Made by a program: the position numbers and the translations under genes. A stretch of DNA of 64,000 bases from an uncultured Methylibium sp. (GTDB taxonomy: Bacteria > Pseudomonadota > Gammaproteobacteria > Burkholderiales > Burkholderiaceae_C), in NCBI GenBank assembly GCA_964616015.1, contig CAZTTC010000001.1, positions 1,098 to 65,097 on the forward strand. The letters run 5' to 3'. The notes under the pieces were generated by a model. The model saw only the letters and a program-made list of their open reading frames with translations. It had not been told where the DNA came from and ran no database searches. Below, piece after piece: positions 60,456 through 64,000 of this stretch; the stretch's first letter is position 1; each line of letters begins with the position of its first letter.

Positions 60456-60490
60456 AAAGCCCCGGTTCTCCTATGAGCCGGGGCTTTTTT
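60456..60490 (+). terminator. Rho-independent terminator after tRNA
   Basis: aaagccccgg...ccggggc stem followed by a T run. Confidence 0.8.
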
Positions 60491-60534
60491 CTTCCGCCGG
60501 CGTCCGTACTCTTCCGCCCGCATCCGGTCTCAGC

Positions 60535-60584
60535 TGGGGGCATTATTGGGGGCATTTCGTACCCGCCGAATTCGGATGCCCCCA
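60535..60584. repeat. Integrase arm-type binding sites (TGGGGGCAT twice direct, once inverted)
   Basis: Copies at 60535-60543 and 60547-60555, and ATGCCCCCA at 60576-60584, directly before int. Confidence 0.65.
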
Positions 60585-60585
60585 G

Positions 60586-61827
60586 ATGGCCCTGACCGCA
60601 GTTCAGATCCGAAACGCAAAGCCAGAGGCGAAGCCCTATCGCATGTTCGATGGTGAAGGGCTGTATCTCGAGGTCACTCCGACAGGTGGTCGGCTGTGGC
60701 GCCTCAAGTACCGCTTCGGTGGCAAGGAGAAGCGACTCGCGATCGGTCAGTACCCAGCCCTGTCGCTGGCCGATGCGAGGCAACGCGCGCAGGAAGCCCG
60801 TCGCGGCTTGGTCGACGGCATCGATCCCGGCCTGGCCAAGCAAGCCGCCAAGGCTGCTCGAGCAGCGGGCGTGGCCAACGCCTTCGAGGCGCTCGCCCGC
60901 GAGTGGCACGCGACCAAGCGCGACAGCTGGTCAACGACGTACGCCGAGAAGGTGCTCCGTCGCCTTGAGCTCGATGTCTTTCCTTGGCTCGGCCGGCGGC
61001 CGATCGCCGACATCGAGCCGCCCGAGCTGCTGGCCGTGTTGCGACGGAGCGAGAGCCGAGGAGCGCTAGAGACGACCAGGCGCAACCTCGAGGCGTGCAG
61101 TCAGATCTTCCGGTACGCGATCGCGACGGGCCGAGCGAAGTCCGATCCAACACGCGATCTCAAGGGCGCGCTCAAGACTCCGATCGCTACGCCGTTTGCT
61201 GCAATCACCGACCCGGTGAGGCTGGGAGAACTGCTTCGCGCGATCGATGGCTACCAAGGCAGCGCCATCGTGCGCGCTGCGGTCAAGCTGACGCCACTGC
61301 TGCTGCTGCGACCGACCGAGCTGCGGGCCAGCCCGTGGGTCGACTTCGACCTGGACGAGGCCGTACTGCGTGTCGCGAGCCTACGAATGAAGCGTGGCCG
61401 TGCCGGGAAGCTGCACGGGCCACCACATCTGGTGCCGCTGCCGACGCAGGCGGTCGAGATCCTGCGAGACCTGCACGCGCTGACCGGGCACGGCACGCTT
61501 GCCTTCCCTGGCCAGCGGCACCGCGATCGACCAATCAGCGAGAACACGGTCAACGCCGCGCTGCGCGCGCTCGGCTACCCCGGGGACGTACAGACCGCGC
61601 ACGGCTTTCGCGCCACGGCTCGGACGATGCTCGAGGAGCGGCTCGGCGTCGCGCCTGCCGTGATCGAGGCCCAGCTTGCGCACGATGTGCCCGACGCCCT
61701 CGGGCGTAGCTACAACCGCACCGAGTTCCTCGACCAGCGTCGACGAATGATGCAGGTGTGGGCCGACTACCTGGACCAGCTGCGCCAAGGCGCCAAGGTC
61801 GTGCCCTTTCCCGGGGCTGCTGCCTAA
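60586..61827 (+). CDS. int: P4-type tyrosine integrase (Arm-DNA-binding domain)
   Basis: DGEGLYLEV...G.RLWRLKYRFGGKEKRLAIG.YP; catalytic R (LRPTE), HGFR, QLAH and Y (SYNR). Confidence 0.95.
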   Translation: MALTAVQIRNAKPEAKPYRMFDGEGLYLEVTPTGGRLWRLKYRFGGKEKRLAIGQYPALSLADARQRAQEARRGLVDGIDPGLAKQAAKAARAAGVANAFEALAREWHATKRDSWSTTYAEKVLRRLELDVFPWLGRRPIADIEPPELLAVLRRSESRGALETTRRNLEACSQIFRYAIATGRAKSDPTRDLKGALKTPIATPFAAITDPVRLGELLRAIDGYQGSAIVRAAVKLTPLLLLRPTELRASPWVDFDLDEAVLRVASLRMKRGRAGKLHGPPHLVPLPTQAVEILRDLHALTGHGTLAFPGQRHRDRPISENTVNAALRALGYPGDVQTAHGFRATARTMLEERLGVAPAVIEAQLAHDVPDALGRSYNRTEFLDQRRRMMQVWADYLDQLRQGAKVVPFPGAAA

Positions 61828-61942
61828 CGCAGCGTCATCAGCGAAGCATGGTCGGCCGCCTGGTGGTGGTGGCAGGGGGTTCCCTTCGCGCGCCGCGTCG
61901 ATGGTCGCGCATCCGAATTTCGACTTTGCGTCGCTGATTCAG

Positions 61943-62070
61943 CGGGAACGGCGGGAACACCCTCCATGGAGTTGCTGGAAAGTCGTTGCGGCATGCGGAC
62001 TTAGGCATGTCTGGCGACTGCAAACGCAGCGGGAACACGAACGGGAACAGCGGGAACATCAACGGGAACA
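61943..62070 (+). repeat. Six CGGGAAC direct repeats, iteron/origin-like
   Basis: Copies at 61943, 61952, 62030, 62042, 62051 and 62063. Confidence 0.7.
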
Positions 62071-62164
62071 AGAGAGTGAGTTAGATGAGAGATCTCTTCT
62101 TCCCATAGCTCAGGCTTTGCGTCGTCCCTGCCCTCGTTGAGCAGCTGGCCTGGTCAGAGCTGGC

Positions 62165-62260
62165 AGAGGGGGGGGTGGTCGAATCTTTTGAAGGCGACCC
62201 CCGGAAACCGAACGCGTCGTCCTTTTTTTGCGCGCGCACATTTGGAGTGGGGGGGGGTAG
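62165..62260 (+). other. Phage cos/packaging-site-like sequence
   Basis: G-run, GTCGAATC, GGAAACCG, T-run, then a second G-run. The layout resembles the region between HNH and terS in HK97-like cos phages. Confidence 0.45.
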
Positions 62261-62531
62261 CGAGGCGCCAGGCCAAGGGTTCGAGCTGGCCTCAGCGCAG
62301 CCAGGTCGCGGGCTTGAGCTGGCGTCGGTGCAGCGGGCCCGACAAACGCCGGGCGAAAGCATCGCCGCGCCCTTGGTGACCGTCTGGCGTCGCGCAACGA
62401 CGAGTGCCACTGTTGGAATCGGCGCGACGAAAGATTCCCTCGGCGCCCCACCCCGCCGCCGCCGGCCAGTCGAGCTCGTCCAGACGTCTGGACTTCGTCG
62501 ACGGGGCCTTAATGCCCGTTCCTGCTTGCCC

Positions 62532-62554
62532 TGATATACTGTACGCACATACAG
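62532..62554 (+). promoter_or_regulatory. LexA SOS box CTGT-N8-ACAG overlapping extended -10 (TGaTATACT)
   Basis: ctgtacgcacatacag at 62539-62554; TATACT at 62535-62540. Confidence 0.8.
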
Positions 62555-62594
62555 CTTTCGCCCTCGACTGGCGGTGGGCGCTACGGAGGTTGCG

Positions 62595-62897
62595 ATGGCG
62601 AACGGACACCAGATCGGGAAGAGCGACTTGCAGCGGCGTGACTACAGCTGGCGCGCTCAACCGCCCGACGACGCAAGGGTCAGGGGCTTCCCGGACGATG
62701 TGCTGCTCGATGCCGACGAAGGGTACGAGGTGCTTGACTTCATCAACCGCTTCCAGCGCGCGCACGATCGCAACGGTGAGCCGTTGACTCGAGACGACGC
62801 GCTTCGTGTCGAGCGGCTCCTGCAGCGCAAACCAGGCAACGTGCGCAGCCATCGCCGTGTGACTGAATGGGTGCTCGCGAACTGGTCGAACGGCTAG
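62595..62897 (+). CDS. SOS-regulated hypothetical protein (100 aa)
   Basis: GGAGGT RBS, ATG at 62595, downstream of the LexA box. Confidence 0.8.
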   Translation: MANGHQIGKSDLQRRDYSWRAQPPDDARVRGFPDDVLLDADEGYEVLDFINRFQRAHDRNGEPLTRDDALRVERLLQRKPGNVRSHRRVTEWVLANWSNG

Positions 62898-62999
62898 GCG
62901 GTAGCAAGCTTGTCCAGGCGCCTGGACTGGCTACACTGCGGCGAACTTCGGGCCCGGGGTAACCGGCTGATCGACGGAGGATTCGCAGGGGGATCGCGC

Positions 63000-63719
63000 G
63001 TGCAAACACTGGGGCTTGGCCTCTACACGCTCTCGGAGGCCGCAACACTTGTCGGTGCCGAGAAGCGCTCTATAAAGCGCTGGCTCTTTGGGTACGACTA
63101 CAGCCGCAAGACGACCGACGGCAAGGTATCCAGTCACTCCGACCCGCTCTGGCAGACACAGTACACCTCCGAAGAACTGAACGAGCCGGTCGTCGGCTTC
63201 CATGATCTGCTGGAGCTGCGCATCGTCCATCGGTTCGTCGAGTGCGGCGTTCCGCTCATCGTCGTGCGTCGCTGCCTCAACACGGCACGGGAGATGTTCG
63301 GCAGCGACTACCCGCTGAGCCGCCAGCGCTTCGCGACCGACGGCGAGACCATCTACCACCAGGCTGTCGTCGACGCAGCGAGCGGTGACGAGCCGGAAGC
63401 CGGCATGCTCAACCTGAAGAGTCGCCAGTACGCCTTTCGCTCGATCATCAGAGACTCGCTGTATGCCGGCATCGAGTACGGCAAGGCCGGCGCGACGCGT
63501 TGGTTCCCTCAGGCGCGCAGCCGCGTCATCGTGCTTGACCCTGCCATGCAGTTCGGTCATCCAGCGCTGGTGCAGAGCGGCGTTCCTACGGCCTCGATCT
63601 ATGCCAGCTTCCTGGCCGAGGGCCAGCAAGCAGCCAACGTGGCGCGCATGTTCGAAGTGCCCGTCCGTGAAGTCACGGCGGCAGTGCGGTTCGAGGAACG
63701 CCTGCGCCAGGCCGCTTGA
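63000..63719 (+). CDS. DUF433-containing antitoxin (VapB45-like, N-terminal HTH)
   Basis: GLYTLSEAATL...IKRW; F.DLLEL; C-terminal 'IVLDP.MQFGHP....GVPT..I....LAE...VARMFEV....V.AAV.FE'. Confidence 0.85.
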   Translation: MQTLGLGLYTLSEAATLVGAEKRSIKRWLFGYDYSRKTTDGKVSSHSDPLWQTQYTSEELNEPVVGFHDLLELRIVHRFVECGVPLIVVRRCLNTAREMFGSDYPLSRQRFATDGETIYHQAVVDAASGDEPEAGMLNLKSRQYAFRSIIRDSLYAGIEYGKAGATRWFPQARSRVIVLDPAMQFGHPALVQSGVPTASIYASFLAEGQQAANVARMFEVPVREVTAAVRFEERLRQAA

Positions 63720-64000
63720 AGTTCATCTTCGACAACAACCTGCCGCCCAGCCTCGCGAGGGGGATCGGCGGGCTTTCGACCTTTGAGGGCGACATCGAGC
63801 AAGTGATCCCGCTGCGTGACAAGTTCCGGCCGAACGAAGACGACGTGGTGTGGCTGTCACAGCTAGCCACGGAGGGCGGTTGGATCGTCATCTCGATCGA
63901 CCGCTTCAAGAAGTCGTCTGCCGAGCGGGAGCTGATGAGGCGCCAAGGATTGACGGTCTTCGTGCTCGATCCGCAGTGGAGCAAGCCCTATTGGCAACAG
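63716..64000 (+). CDS. PIN-like toxin (VapC45-like), truncated by the window end
   Basis: TTGA overlap with the antitoxin; (M)KFIFDNNLP...DVVWL......WIVISID. Confidence 0.8.
   Translation, partial: MKFIFDNNLPPSLARGIGGLSTFEGDIEQVIPLRDKFRPNEDDVVWLSQLATEGGWIVISIDRFKKSSAERELMRRQGLTVFVLDPQWSKPYWQQ

Noticed and set aside
61943..62070. Possible CRISPR array, or the 'MFPLMFPLFPF' ORF (61838..62071 -)
   Set aside because: The repeats are only 7-8 nt with 2-5 nt gaps and there are no cas genes. The peptide is simply the translation of the repeats.
62277..62334. Two imperfect 33-nt tandem units (gagctggc...gcagc) in the island
   Set aside because: Only two degenerate copies, with no supported ORF or function.

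Overview
High-GC window, most likely from a Burkholderiales chromosome of the Rubrivivax/Ideonella/Piscinibacter type (inferred from gene content and repeat families). The core backbone is srkA-htpG-antiporter-ybdK, fumC, gspAB, hns, glmS-glmU, ttcA-folB-SDR-MidA and tRNA-Met. It also carries a CusRS/CzcRS-like two-component system with two paralogous secreted repeat proteins, a sigma54 GAF activator with its type II flavin monooxygenase target, and a SARP/STAND regulator divergent from a truncated globin. A long catabolic cluster encodes a PQQ alcohol dehydrogenase with the lanthanide-type Asp, cytochrome c, a XoxJ-like protein, an IorAB-type Mo oxidoreductase, a CoA transferase, an SDR, an ABC transporter, CitE and LysR. 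Three accessory inserts stand out. (1) About 11.85-14.55 kb: a two-gene operon encoding an unannotated 211-aa protein with HK97/encapsulin-like motif spacing and a caspase-like protease. It splits the sigma54 activator from its promoter, is bounded by related hairpin repeats, and is the best candidate for an undescribed anti-phage system. (2) About 42.3-50.2 kb: a MauG-type diheme/cupredoxin/cytochrome c/SCO/CHASE-GGDEF-EAL/MCP redox-signalling island just downstream of glmS. (3) From 60.4 kb: a tRNA-Met-integrated P4-type integrase element with iteron-like repeats, a cos-like site, a LexA-boxed small gene and a DUF433/PIN toxin-antitoxin pair, running off the window. Two small repeat elements sit exactly in stop/start overlaps and preserve translational coupling. 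No CRISPR array or rRNA gene was seen. All family calls are from motif recognition by eye; no database search was run.
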